The notes beneath the pieces are model-generated. The model searched no databases. It saw only the letters and a program-made list of their open reading frames with translations, and had not been told where the DNA came from. A stretch of 51,916 nt of DNA from Anaeramoeba ignava BMAN (lineage: Eukaryota > Protista > Anaeramoebae): the NCBI GenBank assembly GCA_028826165.1, contig JAPDFW010000046.1:1-51916 (forward strand), given 5' to 3'. Position 1 is the stretch's first letter; each line of letters opens with the position of its first letter. The translations under genes were made by a program, and so were the position numbers. Positions 13,247-26,388 of this stretch are shown piece by piece.

Positions 13247-16111
13247 ATGAGTCAAAAACCAAAAACTAAAAAAAACAGAAGAAAAAGTCAAACAACTCAA
13301 ACAGAAGAAAATGAAAATTTAAACGAAAATTTAAACGAAAATTTAAACGAAAATTTAAATCAAAATCAAAATCAAAATCAAAATGAAAATCAAAATCAAA
13401 ATGAAAATCAAAATCAAAATGAAAATCAAAATCAAAATGAAAATCAAAATCAAAATGAAAATGAAAATCAAAATGAAAATGAAAATCAAAACGAAAATTT
13501 AAACGAAAATTTAAACGAAAATTTAAATGAAAATCAAAATGAAAATGAAAATTTAAACGAAAATTTAAATGAAAATCAAAATGAAAATCAAAATCAAAAT
13601 GAAAATGAAAATCAAAATCAAAATCAAAATGAAAATCAAAATAAAAATCAAGAAGGTTAAATTAAAATTATAATTAAAATTAAAATTATAATTAAAATTA
13701 AAATTAAAATTAAAATTAAAATTAAAATTAAAATTATAATTAAAATTAAAAAATTAAAATTAAAATTAAAATTAAAATTTAAAATTAATATTTAAAATTA
13801 AAATTAAAATTAAAATTAAAATTAAAATTAAAATCAAAATTAAAAATTATAAATTTAAAATTAAAATTTAAAATTAAAATTAAAATTAAAATTAAAATTA
13901 AAATTAAAATTAAAATTTAAAATAAAAATTAAAATTAATATTTAAAATTTAAAATTAAAAATTAGATGAAAAAAAAGAAAGAATTAAAAAACAAATGGAA
14001 TATTATTTTGAACCAGAAAATATTATTCAAGATAAATATTTATTATCAATTTGTGATGAAGAACTTTGGGTTAATTTAAAAATAGTTGCAAATTTTAGAA
14101 GAATGAAAGCAATAACAAATGATATTGAATTAATAAAAAAATCATTAAAAACATCAAATAAAATTGAAATTTCAGAAGATGGAACTCAAATTCGTTCAAA
14201 ACTCCCTAAATCTGAAATGAAAACTATTATTATAAGTGGATTCTCAACAATTCCAGAAATTGAGGTTAATAATATAATCTAATTTAAATAATATTAATTT
14301 AAATAATATAAAATTAAATAATATTAATTAAATAATATAAATTAAATAATATAAATTTAAATAATATAAAATTAAATAATATTAATTTAAATAATATAAA
14401 ATTAAATAATATAAATTTAAATAATATAAAATTAAATAATATTAATTTAAATAATATAAAATTAAATTAAATAAATTAAATAATATAATTTAAATAATAG
14501 AAATTTCAAGAATTTTTGAACAGTAATAAAATTAGTTTTAAAAATATTTCTCTTCAAGATAATACTTTTTTTCTTGAAATGAACTCAACAGATGAAGCAG
14601 AAAAATATTTAAATCAAATTAAAGAATTAAAATATCAAGAAGAACAATTATTTGTTGATTTTAGTAATGAAATTGAGAAAGATAGTTTTGAGTAAGAAAA
14701 AAAATAATTAAAAGAAAAAACAATTTTTTTCTTATTCAGGAAAAAATTTTTAAAAACAAAAATAGATATGTTTTAGAACAAAGAATGAAACAAAATCAAG
14801 ATCAAGATCAATTTAATGATCCAAATCAATTAGCAAATCTAAATCAATACACATATCAAAATCAAAATCAGTATCAAAATCCTTATCAAAATCAGTATCA
14901 AAATCCTTATCAAAATCAGTATCAAAATCCTTATCAAAATTCATATCAAAATTCATATCAATATAACGATCAAAATCAATTTATTCCAAATCAATTCCAA
15001 AATCCATATCCAAATCAATTTCAATATCAATTTAATGATCCAAATCAATTTCAATTTAATGATCCTAATCAATATCCAAATCAATTCACGAATCAATATC
15101 CTAATCAATTCCAAAATCCATATCCAAATCAATTTCAAAATCAATTTAATGATCCAAATAATATTCCTTCTTTTAGTCAATTCAATACAAATTATACATC
15201 TTATCAACCACAATATAATCAGAATAATTTCATAGATCAACAACAACAACAACAACAAAAACAATTATTATCAAAAACCATATCGAGGAAAGCATTATGC
15301 ACAAAGAGGATTTAATTACAATCAAAATCAAAATCAAAATCAATATCAAAATCAAAATCAAAATCAAAATCAATATCAAAATCAAAATCAATATCAAAAT
15401 CAAAATCAAAATCAATATCAAAACCAAAATCAATATCAAAATCAAAATCAAAATCAAAATCAATATCAATATTCAAATCAAAATCAATATCATCAAAAAT
15501 ATAATTGGGGATCAAGACAATATCCAAATGATAATTATCAAAACAAAAGAAATTATAGAGAAAATTATTCAAAACCAATCTCTCTAGGAATTTCTAATTT
15601 TCCTCCTTTAAATTCTCAAGATGCAGAATATACTGAAGATTTTTATCAATATTCAGAAGAAAAAATGGTTTCAATTCTTAAAGAAATGCTTTCAAAAACA
15701 AAAATAATTGAACCACCTCAACAACTTCAAAATCTTTTGGATACAAAACAAGAACAAAACAATATAAATCCTCAAATTCATAAATTCTTCTCTTTAGAAA
15801 TGAACCTTCCTTCTTTATTACAAAAAAAAGAAAAAGTTAAAAATCAAAATCAAAATCAAAATCAAAATCAAAATCAAAACACAAACAAAAATAAAAATAC
15901 AAACAAAAATCAAAATCAAAATCAAAATCAAAATCAAAATCAAAATCAAAATCAAAATCAAAATTTAAATCAAAATTTAAATCAAAATCAAAATCAAAAT
16001 CAAAATTTAAATCAAAATCCAATTCAAAATACAAACCAAAATCAAAACCAAAATCAAAATCAAATTGATTCAAAAAAATTAGATAATTCAAAAATGGAAG
16101 AGAAAAAATAA
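13247..16111 (+). CDS. La-related RNA-binding protein (La motif + RRM-like + Q/N/Y-rich region; LARP4-like)
   Basis: La motif 'KKQMEYYFEPENIIQDKYL...WVNLKIVANFRRMKAIT...IEISEDGTQIR'. An RRM-like exon lies at ~14501-14690 and a 'LGISNFPPL' motif near 15585. Introns are at ~13656-13965, ~14266-14500 and ~14692-14765. There is one apparent 1-nt frameshift at ~15255-15277. Confidence 0.8.
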
Positions 16112-16124
16112 CTTTTTTTAAAAA

Positions 16125-16990
16125 TTAAAAATTAAATTACAAAGTAAACTACAAATTAAATTAAAAATTAAATTAAAAATTAAATTACAAATTAAAATTA
16201 AAAATTAAATTAAAAATTAAATTACAAATTAAATTACAAATTAAATCACAAAATAAATTACAAATTAAATTACAAAATAAATTACAAATTAAATTACAAA
16301 TTAAATTAAAAATTAAATTACAAATTAAATTACAAATTAAATTACAAATTAAATTAAAAATTAAATTAAAAATTAAATTACAAAGTAAATTACAAAGTAA
16401 ATTTAAAACGTAAATTAAAAATTAAATTACAAAGTAAATTAAAAATTAAATTAAAAAAGTGAATTACAAATTAAATTAAAAATTAAATTACAAATCAAAT
16501 TACAAAGTTAATTAAAAAGTAAATTACAAATTAAATTACAAATTAAATTTAAAAACGTAAATTAAAAAGTAAATTAAAAATTAAATTACAAATTAAATTA
16601 AAAATTAAATTAAAAATTAAATTAAAAATTAAATTACAAATTAAATTAAAAATTAAATTACAAATTAAATTAAAAATTAAATTAAAAAGTAAATTACAAA
16701 TTAAATTTAAAACGTAAATTACAAATTAAATTAAAAATTAAATTACAAATTAAATTTAAAACGTAAATTACAAATTAAATTAAAAATTGAATTACAAATT
16801 AAATTACAAATTAAATTACAAATTAAATTACAAAGTTAAATTTAAAACGTAAATTAAAAATTAAATTACAAATTAAATTAAAAATTAAATTAAAAAAGTA
16901 AATTACAAATTAAATTAAAAATTAAATTAAAAATTAAATTAAAAATTAAATTAAAAAGTAAATTACAAATTAAATTAAAAATTAAAATAC
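16125..16990. repeat. 11-bp tandem repeat (aaattacaaat/aaattaaaaat) intergenic
   Basis: Direct reading. Confidence 0.88.
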
Positions 16991-17155
16991 GTAACTAGAA
17001 AATATTCACTAATCCAACAATTTTAAAAAAAAAATAAATAAAGAAATATTTCATTTAAATCAACAAAAATTTTTTTTTTTCTTTCGAAATTTTAATTTTC
17101 ATTTTTTTTTTCTTTTTCATTTTATTTTTTTTTGAAAATAATAATTCATAATAAA

Positions 17156-18984
17156 ATGACTTCAAGTAAATTTGATTTAATTTTACCTTCAGCTTTAATT
17201 TCACATTCTCCTTTTATTTTTGTTTTAACAACTCTTTTTTGGATTGTTGCAATTTTATCATTAATAAGTTTAACTCAATCATTACGATTTGAGTATTTTT
17301 AATAAACAGAAAATTTAATAAACAAACAAATTTTTAATAAACAAATATTTTCCTTTCAAAATTTAGTCAAAAAAAAAGTGGAAATATTTATCGTTCAATT
17401 TTACTATTTTGTTCTTTTTTAATGATGTTTATTCATGGCTTACTCAGTTTAATTAAATCAGGAAGAAATATTGATTTTATTGCATTTTTTTTTGTTATTT
17501 ATTTTCCAAATTTTTTGCAATTTCTGATGTAAATTAAAATCAAAATCAAAATCAAAACCAAAATCAAAATCAAAATCAAAATACAAACAAAAATCAAAAT
17601 CAAAATCAAAATCAAAATTAAAATCAAAATTAAAATCAAAAATTAAAATCAAAATCAAAATTAAAATCAAAATAAAAATTAAATCAAAACCAAAATCAAA
17701 ATCAAAATTCAAAATCAAAATCAAAATCAAAATCAAAAATAAAAATAAAAATCAAATACAAACAAAAATCAAAATCAAAATTAAAATACAAACAAAAATC
17801 AAAATCAAAATCAAAATTCAAAATCAAAATCAAAATCAAAATCAAAATCAAAATCAAAATCAAAATTAAAATCAAAATTAAAATCAAAATTAAAATTAAA
17901 ATCAAAATTCAAAATCAAAATCAAAAATCAAAATCAAAATCAAAATCAAAATCAAAATTAAAATTAAAATTAAAATCAAAATTAAAATTAAAATCAAAAT
18001 CAAAATCAAAATCAAAATCAAAATCAAAATTAAAATTAAAATCCAAAACCAAAATTAAAAATCAAAATCAAAATTAAAATTAAAATTCAAAATCAAAATT
18101 AAAATTAAAATCAAAATCAAAATCAAAATCAAAATTAAAATCAAAAATTCAAAATCAAAATTAAAATTAAAATCAAAATTAAAATTAAAATTAAAAATTA
18201 AAATTAAAATTAAAATTAAAATTAAAATTAAAATCAAAATTAAAATTAAAATTAAAATTAAAATTAAAATCAAAATCAAAATCAAAATTAAAATCAAAAT
18301 TTAAAATCAAAATTAAAAAATAGGTTTTCTTTATTTCTTCTTTTTCTTATTCAAAGAGCTTCAGAATTCGAAAACAAAAAAAAAAGATTTCAAATAATTT
18401 TGATATTCTATTTAATATTAGTTTTAATAATTTTTATAATTTGTCTAATATTGAGTTCAATTGGAGAAGAAGAATCAGATAATTTTGAACAACAAGTAGG
18501 AGCATTTGCCAGTTTAATTTTTGGATTACTATTTATACTTATAATTATAGGAGGAATTATCACAGCAAAACAATTAAACAAATTAAAAACATTAACTGAA
18601 AAAAACAAGAAAAGAGTGAGAATTTATCAAATTTTAATGATTGTTTTTGGATCGATTTTTTTTGGAAGAGCAATTTGGAGTTTTGCTGTTGTGATCAAGA
18701 AAAATAGAGTCAATAATCATTTATCAACTTTGGCAAATGAAGATTCTCCAAAATTTTATCTTGCAACTCTTATTTGGTTTTTAATCGTTGAAATTATCCC
18801 TAATTTGGTTATGGTTTGTTCATTTACTTATAATATGCTACAAGAAAATCAACAAAAAAAATCAAGATTTTCTATTCCTTTAATTTCTGAAAATGAAAAA
18901 ATTAATTCAAAATCAAAATCAAGTTCTTCAAAAAAAAAAGAAATTTATGATGGTTTTGATGAACCTGATCTTTTCGTGATTTAA
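17156..18984 (+). CDS. Multi-pass (about 7TM) membrane protein, TOM1/GPR137-like, paralog 1; 2 introns (~17294-17366, ~17529-18323)
   Basis: The spliced ORF reads 'MTSSKFDLILPSALISHSPF...IYRSILLF...YFPNFLQFLMFSLFLLFL...WFLIVEIIP'. The hydrophobic helices and the C-terminal 'EIIP' are typical of THH1/TOM1/TOM3-like proteins. Confidence 0.65.
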
Positions 18985-19207
18985 TTCATCTTTTTTTTTA
19001 AATTGAATTTTAATTTTAAATCGAATTTTAATTTGTTTTAGTTTTTTTGAATCAATTTTCATTTTGATTCTTTCATTATTTTACTTTTTTTTTTCTTTAT
19101 AACTTAAACGAATAAAAAAGTGGAACAAAAAACAAATTTAATTTAATTTAATTTATTTTCCTTTTCATTTTTTCATTTTTTTCCTTTTTTTTAAAAATTT
19201 TTTTGAA

Positions 19208-20953
19208 ATGACTTTAAATAATTTTGATTTAATTTTACCTTCAGCTTTAATTTCAAATTCTCCTTCCAATTACATTTTAATGATTCTTTTTTGGATTGTT
19301 GATATTTTATCATTATTAAGTTTATTTCAATCATTGAGATTTGAGTATTTTTTTTTTAAATTAAAAAATTCAAATTTATAAAATTTAAATCAAAATATTT
19401 TCCTTTCAAAATTTAGTCAAAAAAAAAGTGGAAATATTTATCGTTCAATTTTACTGTTTTCTTCTGTTTTAATGATGTTTTTTCTTGGTTTATTCAGTTT
19501 AATTAAATCAGGAAGAAATATCAATTTTGTTGGATTTTTTTTTATCGTTTATCTCCAAAGTTTTTTGCAATTTGTGATGTAAATTAAAATTAAAATCAAA
19601 ATTAAAATCAAAATTAAAATCAAAATCAAAATATAAATCAAAATTAAAATTAAAATCAAAATCAAAATCAAAATCAAAATCAAAATCAAAATCAAAATCA
19701 AAATTAAAATTAAAATTAAAATTCAAAATTAAAATTAAAATCAAAATCAAAATCAAAATTAAAATCAAAATCAAAATTAAAATCAAAATCAAAATTAAAA
19801 TCAAAATCAAAATTAAAATCAAAATCAAAATCAAAATTAAAATCAAAATCAAAATCAAAATCAAAATCAAAATTAAAATCAAAATCAAAATTAAAATTAA
19901 AAAATTAAAATTAAAATCAAAATTAAAATTAAAATTAAAATCAAAATCAAAATCAAAATCAAAATCAAAATCAAAATCAAAATCAAAATCAAAATTAAAA
20001 TCAAAATTAAAATTAAAATTCAAAATCAAAATTAAAATTAAAAATCAAAATCAAAATCAAAATCAAAATCAAAATCAAAATTAAAATCAAAATTAAAATC
20101 AAAATTAAAATCAAAATCAAAATCAAAATCAAAATCAAAATCAAAATCAAAATCAAAATTAAAATCAAAAATCAAATTCAAACTCAAAATTAAAATTAAA
20201 ATTAAAATTAAAATTAAAATTAAAATCAAAATCAAAATCAAAATTAAAATCAAAATCAAATTCAAAATCAAAATTAAAATCAAAATTAAAAATAGGTTTT
20301 CTTTATTTCTTCTTTTTCTTTTGAAAAAAGTTTTTAATTGGGAAATGAAACAACATATTTTTAAAGGAGTTCAAATTGGATATATAATTTTAATTAGTTT
20401 GATATTGATAGTTATTTTAATAATAAGTTCAATTAGCAAAGCAGATTCAAGTGATTTTGAAAAACATGTTGGTGCTGTTGGCACTGTTCTTTTTATGATT
20501 CTTTCTTTATGTATATTAATAGGAGGAATTTTTACATTTATTAATCTTCATTCACAATGGGGTCAATCTCAAAAAAATATCCAAAATATCAAACTTTATA
20601 AAATCTTATTATTTGTTTTTGGTGCTGTTTTCTTTAGAAGAGCAATTTACAGTTTATTTACTCTTTTGAATAAGAATAAATTCAATGAACATTTGAAAAA
20701 TTTAGCAGAAAAAAATTCGGAACTTTTTTATTTTTTTATGTTGATTTGGTATTTGATTTTTGAAATTATTCCAATTTCGATTATGCTTTCTTTATTTTTC
20801 TATCAAATGAAGAATTTAAAAGAAGAAGAATCGAGTTTTGATGATGGTCTTCAAGGATTGATAATAAATAGTGCTGAGACTGATTTCAAAAAATCCAAAA
20901 AGGATTCAAAGGAAAATGAAAATTATTCGGATAAAAATCAAATTTATATTTAA
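19208..20953 (+). CDS. Multi-pass membrane protein, TOM1/GPR137-like, paralog 2 (tandem duplicate with same intron positions)
   Basis: Exons 1-2 are near-identical to paralog 1 ('FDLILPSALIS', 'QKKSGNIYRSILL'). The last exon has 'WYLIFEIIP'. The second intron is again filled with (aaaatc/aaaatt)n. Confidence 0.65.
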
Positions 20954-21114
20954 TTAATTTTTTCAAATCAAATTTTGTTTCAAATCAATTTTTTTTGTTC
21001 CACTTTTTTTTAATAATTTGGAAAAATCAAAAAAACAAAAAAAAAGAAAAAAAAGAAAAGAAAGGAATAATTTTTTTTTCTTGAATAAAAAAAATCCAAT
21101 TTTTTTTCAAGATT

Positions 21115-22275
<1,161 letters not shown>

Positions 22276-22374
22276 TTTAAAAAAAATGAACAAAAAGAAA
22301 AAGAGAAAAAAAAATGAAAATTTTTTCAAAATTTTTTTTTTCATTTTTTTCATTTTTTTCTTTTTTATTAAAAA
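22276..22374. promoter_or_regulatory. Compact bidirectional promoter (Rab / PRELI) with mirrored TTTTCATTTT motifs
   Basis: 99 bp separate the divergent ATGs. aaaatgaa copies lie next to the minus-strand gene and ttttcatttt copies next to the plus-strand gene. Confidence 0.6.
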
Positions 22375-25300
22375 ATGTCATCAATTAAATTTCAACATAT
22401 TTTTCAATTTCCTTTTGAATCAGTTAAAGAAGCCTGTTTGAATTGAAAAAAAGAAAAACAAAAGAAAACAAAATGAAAAATAAAATAATAATTTAAATCA
22501 ATCAAAAAAAAAATAGATTGGAAAATTTATCCAGAAAAAACAGAAATTTTAACAATTAAACCAATAAAAAAGCAAATAAAAAATTCCGAAATTTTTACAA
22601 GAAGATTATTTATTGTAAAACATGATAAACTTCCAAGAGTTTTAAAATGGTTTGTAACAGAAAAAGAGTCAATTTTAATTGAAGATACTTTTTATGATAA
22701 AAAATCACAAATTTTTACTGCAAGATTAAGAAATCAATCTTTTAAAAGTTTATTTAAAGCAAATAAAGTTTCTTTATTTTATCCTGATCCTCAAAATTTA
22801 AAATCCCAAACTGTTCTTATTGATGATTCTTCTTTATCTTTAGCTTCTGGTTTGGGTTCTATTGGAAATATTTTTACTAAATTTGCTGTTCCTTTTGCTC
22901 ATGATGATAATAAACAAGTTATTTATCAATAATATTTAAAAAATATTTAATTTAAAAATAATTTAATTCAATTTAATTAATTCAAAAAATAATTTAATTT
23001 AAAAATATTTTATTTAATTTAAAAATATTTAATTTAATTTAAAAATATTTAAATTTAAAAAATATTTAATTTAAAAATAATTTAATTCAATTTAATTTAA
23101 TTTAATTTCAAAAATATTTAATTTCAAAAATATTTAATTCAATTTAATTTAATTTAATTTCAAAAATATTTAATTTAAAATTTAATTTATTTTATTTAAT
23201 TTAAAATCTTTTGCAAATTTAAATTTAAAAATACTGTTTTGTTGAAAAATTTCAAAAAGGGAAATTTATTTCCACTGTATTTCCTTTTAATTTTGGGAGG
23301 ACAGGAAATATTTAATTTTCTTTTTTTATTTAATTTAAAAATATTTAAATTCAAAAATATTTAATTTAATTTAAAAATATTTAATTTAAAAATAATTTAA
23401 TTCAATTTAATTTAATTTAATTTAAAAAATATTTAAATTCAAAAATATTTAGTTCAATTTAATTAATTCAAAAAATATTTTATTTAATTTAATTAATTCA
23501 AAAAATAATTTAATTCAAAAATATTTAGTTCCAAGTATGATTTGATTGATCGTCAAAGAGTTAACCCGACATTCGGATAGATGAATCTGATCCATTAATT
23601 TGAGTAAGGAATCTTCCTCTTTTTTCTGTTCGTTTGTTTCAGAAAATTCAAATCTTCTAAGCAAATTCCTGTGAAATTCATCTGTAGGTCTGCGATAAGT
23701 TTCAATACTCCTATCGTATTTATGCCCAGTAATCTTTTTGATACCAGAGTTATACACTTTGTGTTCTGATAGAATGTTTACACTTGTTACTCTTAGAGAA
23801 TGAAGTATAACTCTTTTCTCATTATTAACTTTTAGTATCAGTTTGTTGAGAAATTTCATTAGTGTTGTAACCCATAAGAGAATTTTTATACCAACAAGAA
23901 TTCTGCGAATTGAGATTAATGACAAGAAAAAATTTTGAATTTAAATTTTCCGCTCGAGCCGTTAGATATTTCTTCAGAATATTCCATCTTTTTATCCCGT
24001 ATTTATGAATCCAAATCTTGTCAAAATATCTAAAAAAGTCTACAAAATTGGGAAATGCTTCTCTGATTCTTTCAAAGATAGGAATGACTTCGATCACTTG
24101 AATATACGTTAACTCTTCTAACTTTTCCATTATCATCTCTTTATCTACCTCACTTCTGTTTGTTCCATATTGATTTAATCTCTGCTTTACTGCTTGTTGA
24201 AGCAGAAATTCAAAATCACATGTGAAATATTTGAGTGAAGTTTCCCAAAGAAGAAAACAGTTAAAAAGGGTTGATAGAACATAATAATATAAGAGTTATG
24301 TTGGAATCAAATGACATGAGCGTGAGAATCTGAGAAAAGGGTTGTTTTGCCGATAGAAAAGTTCCATCTAAAAAGATGTATTCGGCATGCCTTAAAGGTT
24401 TAGCGACAAAATCAGAAAACCAAATCATAACTATTTGCCTTTTATTTGTTAATTAAATGGTAATTGAACTTCGCCAAAACATTTTTTGATTGAGAGTTTT
24501 GATCAATTTCGAATTTATGATCCTCTACTTTTTTAAAATCTAAAGACCATAATCCAGTATGAGAGAAAGATTTTTTCACTGTTTCATAATAAAATGCATC
24601 ATATAATGAATTGAATAATTAATCAAATAATTGATTGAAATCTGTACTTGAGGAAATAAAGGTGATTCAATTCGAGAATCCAAACATTTCGGAAAAGGTG
24701 AAGCCATATAAGTGGGTGTAGATTGAGTGGGGATCAAATCCTGAACAATTGTTGAATTTGATTCTTTTTTCTTTGGGTCACTTTTTGTGAATTCTTATGA
24801 ACATAACGTTTAGATATCTTTTGGGATTTGATATTTGCTAAATCAAGGTTTTCGGTTGTTGGATTTCTTTTTTTTTATTTGTATTTAACTGAAAAAATTA
24901 AAATTTTGGATAATCAATCTTTCAATATATTTGTTTTTTTGATCAATTAAAAAAATTCCAAAATGAATAAAAATATTTAATCCAAAAATATTTAATTTAA
25001 TTTAAAAAATATTTAATTTCAAAAATATTTAAATTCAAAAATATTTAATTTAATTTAATTTAATTTAATTTAATTTAATTTAATTTAAAAAATATTTAAT
25101 TCCAAAAATATTTAATTTAATTTCAAAAATATTTAATTCCAAAAATATTTAAATCCAAAATATTTAATTCAAAAAATATTTAATTCCAAAAATATTTAAT
25201 TCAAAAATATTTAATTCAAAAAATATTTAATTTAAAATATTTAATTTAAAAAATATTTAATTTAAAAATATTTAATTCCCAAAAATATTTAAATTCAAAA

Positions 25301-26308
25301 ATATTTAATTCTAAAAATATTTAATTCCAAAAATATTTAATTCCAAATATTTAATTTAAAAATATTTAATTTAAAAAAAATTTAAAAATATTTAATTCTA
25401 AAATATTTAATTTAATTTCAAAAATATTTAAATCAAAAAATTTAATTTCAAAAATATTTAATTCTAAAAATATTTAATTTCAAAAATATTTAATTTAATT
25501 TAATTTAATTTAATTTAATTTAATTTAATTTAATTTAATTTAATTTAATTTAATTTAATTTAATTTAATTTAATAATATTTAATTTAAAAATATTTAATC
25601 CAAAAATATTTAATTTAATTTCAAAAATATTTAATTCTAAAAATATTTAATTTAATTCAATTTAATTTAATTCAATTCAATAATATTTAAATTTAATTTA
25701 ATTTAATTCAATTCAATTTAAATTTAATTCAATAATATTTAATTTAATTTCAAAAATATTTAATTTAAAAATATTTAATTTAATTCCAAAAATATTTAAT
25801 TCCAAAAATATTTAATTCCAAAAATATTTAATTCCAAAAATATTTAAATCCAAAAATATTTAATTTCAAAAAATATTTAAATCTAAAAATATTTAATTTA
25901 AAAAATATTTAATTTAAATCAAAAATATTTAAATCCAAAAATATTTAAATCAAAAATATTTAATTTAATTTAATTTAATTCAATTTAATTCAATTTAAAT
26001 TTAATTCAATTCAATAATATTTAAATTTAATTTAATTTATTTAGAGAGTGGAAACAATGGAAAATTATTTAAAACAAAATCCAAAACTAAAAATAAATAC
26101 AAACCAAAAATCATTTGGTGATTTACCTGAAACAAAAACTAAAAAATCAATAGAAAAAATTAAAACATTAATTGAAAAAATCCAAAAATCAAATCAAGAT
26201 TTATTAAAACAAAATGAATCAAAGAAAACAAATCAAAAATTTATTGATTGGGAAAAATTCAAAGATTTAACTAAAAACATGAAAGTTACAATTTCAATAA
26301 ATCTTTAA
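22375..26308 (+). CDS. PRELI/Ups/MSF1-like lipid-transfer domain protein; exons 22375-22435, 22517-22917, 26045-26308
   Basis: The spliced sequence 'MSSIKFQHIFQFPFESVKEAYWKIYP...IFTRRLF...LPRVLKWFV...IEDTFYD...RNQSF...YPDPQN...DNKQ|RVETMENYL' follows the PRELI pattern (H-F-P-V-A-W-YP; LP; E; N-S; HP-N; ME). The phase-0 intron 22918-26044 joins it in frame. Confidence 0.75.
23521..24960 (-). mobile_element. Decayed element inside PRELI intron: Mutator/MULE transposase remnant fused to a Crypton/DUF3504-like tyrosine recombinase remnant
   Basis: This is a higher-complexity island within AT repeats. MULE motifs on the minus strand: 'LRHAEYIFLDGTFLSAKQPFSQILTL' (~24390-24315), 'FTCDFE', 'QQAVKQ', 'FFRYFDKIWI...RWN'. 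YR motifs follow: 'KKYLTAR...KFFL...WYKNSLMGYNT' and 'HSLRVTS...IKKITGHKYDRSIETYRR'. It carries frameshifts and deletions, and its ends are not resolved. Confidence 0.75.
24961..26040. repeat. Degenerate (aaaaatatttaatt[c/t])n and (taatt)n repeats in PRELI intron (same family at 22930-23520)
   Basis: Direct reading; the same repeat family flanks both sides of the decayed element. Confidence 0.85.
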
Positions 26309-26388
26309 AAAAATGAAGAAAAAAATTAAAATTCAAAAATTTTTTTTTTCATTTTTTTCATTTTTTTTAAAAAATTAAATTTAAAGAA

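Noticed and set aside
15255-15277. Frameshift in the La-related gene as programmed recoding
   Set aside because: A single extra A in an A-run explains it. Similar homopolymer indels occur elsewhere in the window, so sequencing error is more likely.
14953-20283. Many ILILIL/DFDFDF/IKIK ORFs
   Set aside because: Translations of (aaaatc/aaaatt)n repeats in introns, or shadow frames of QN tracts; not genes.
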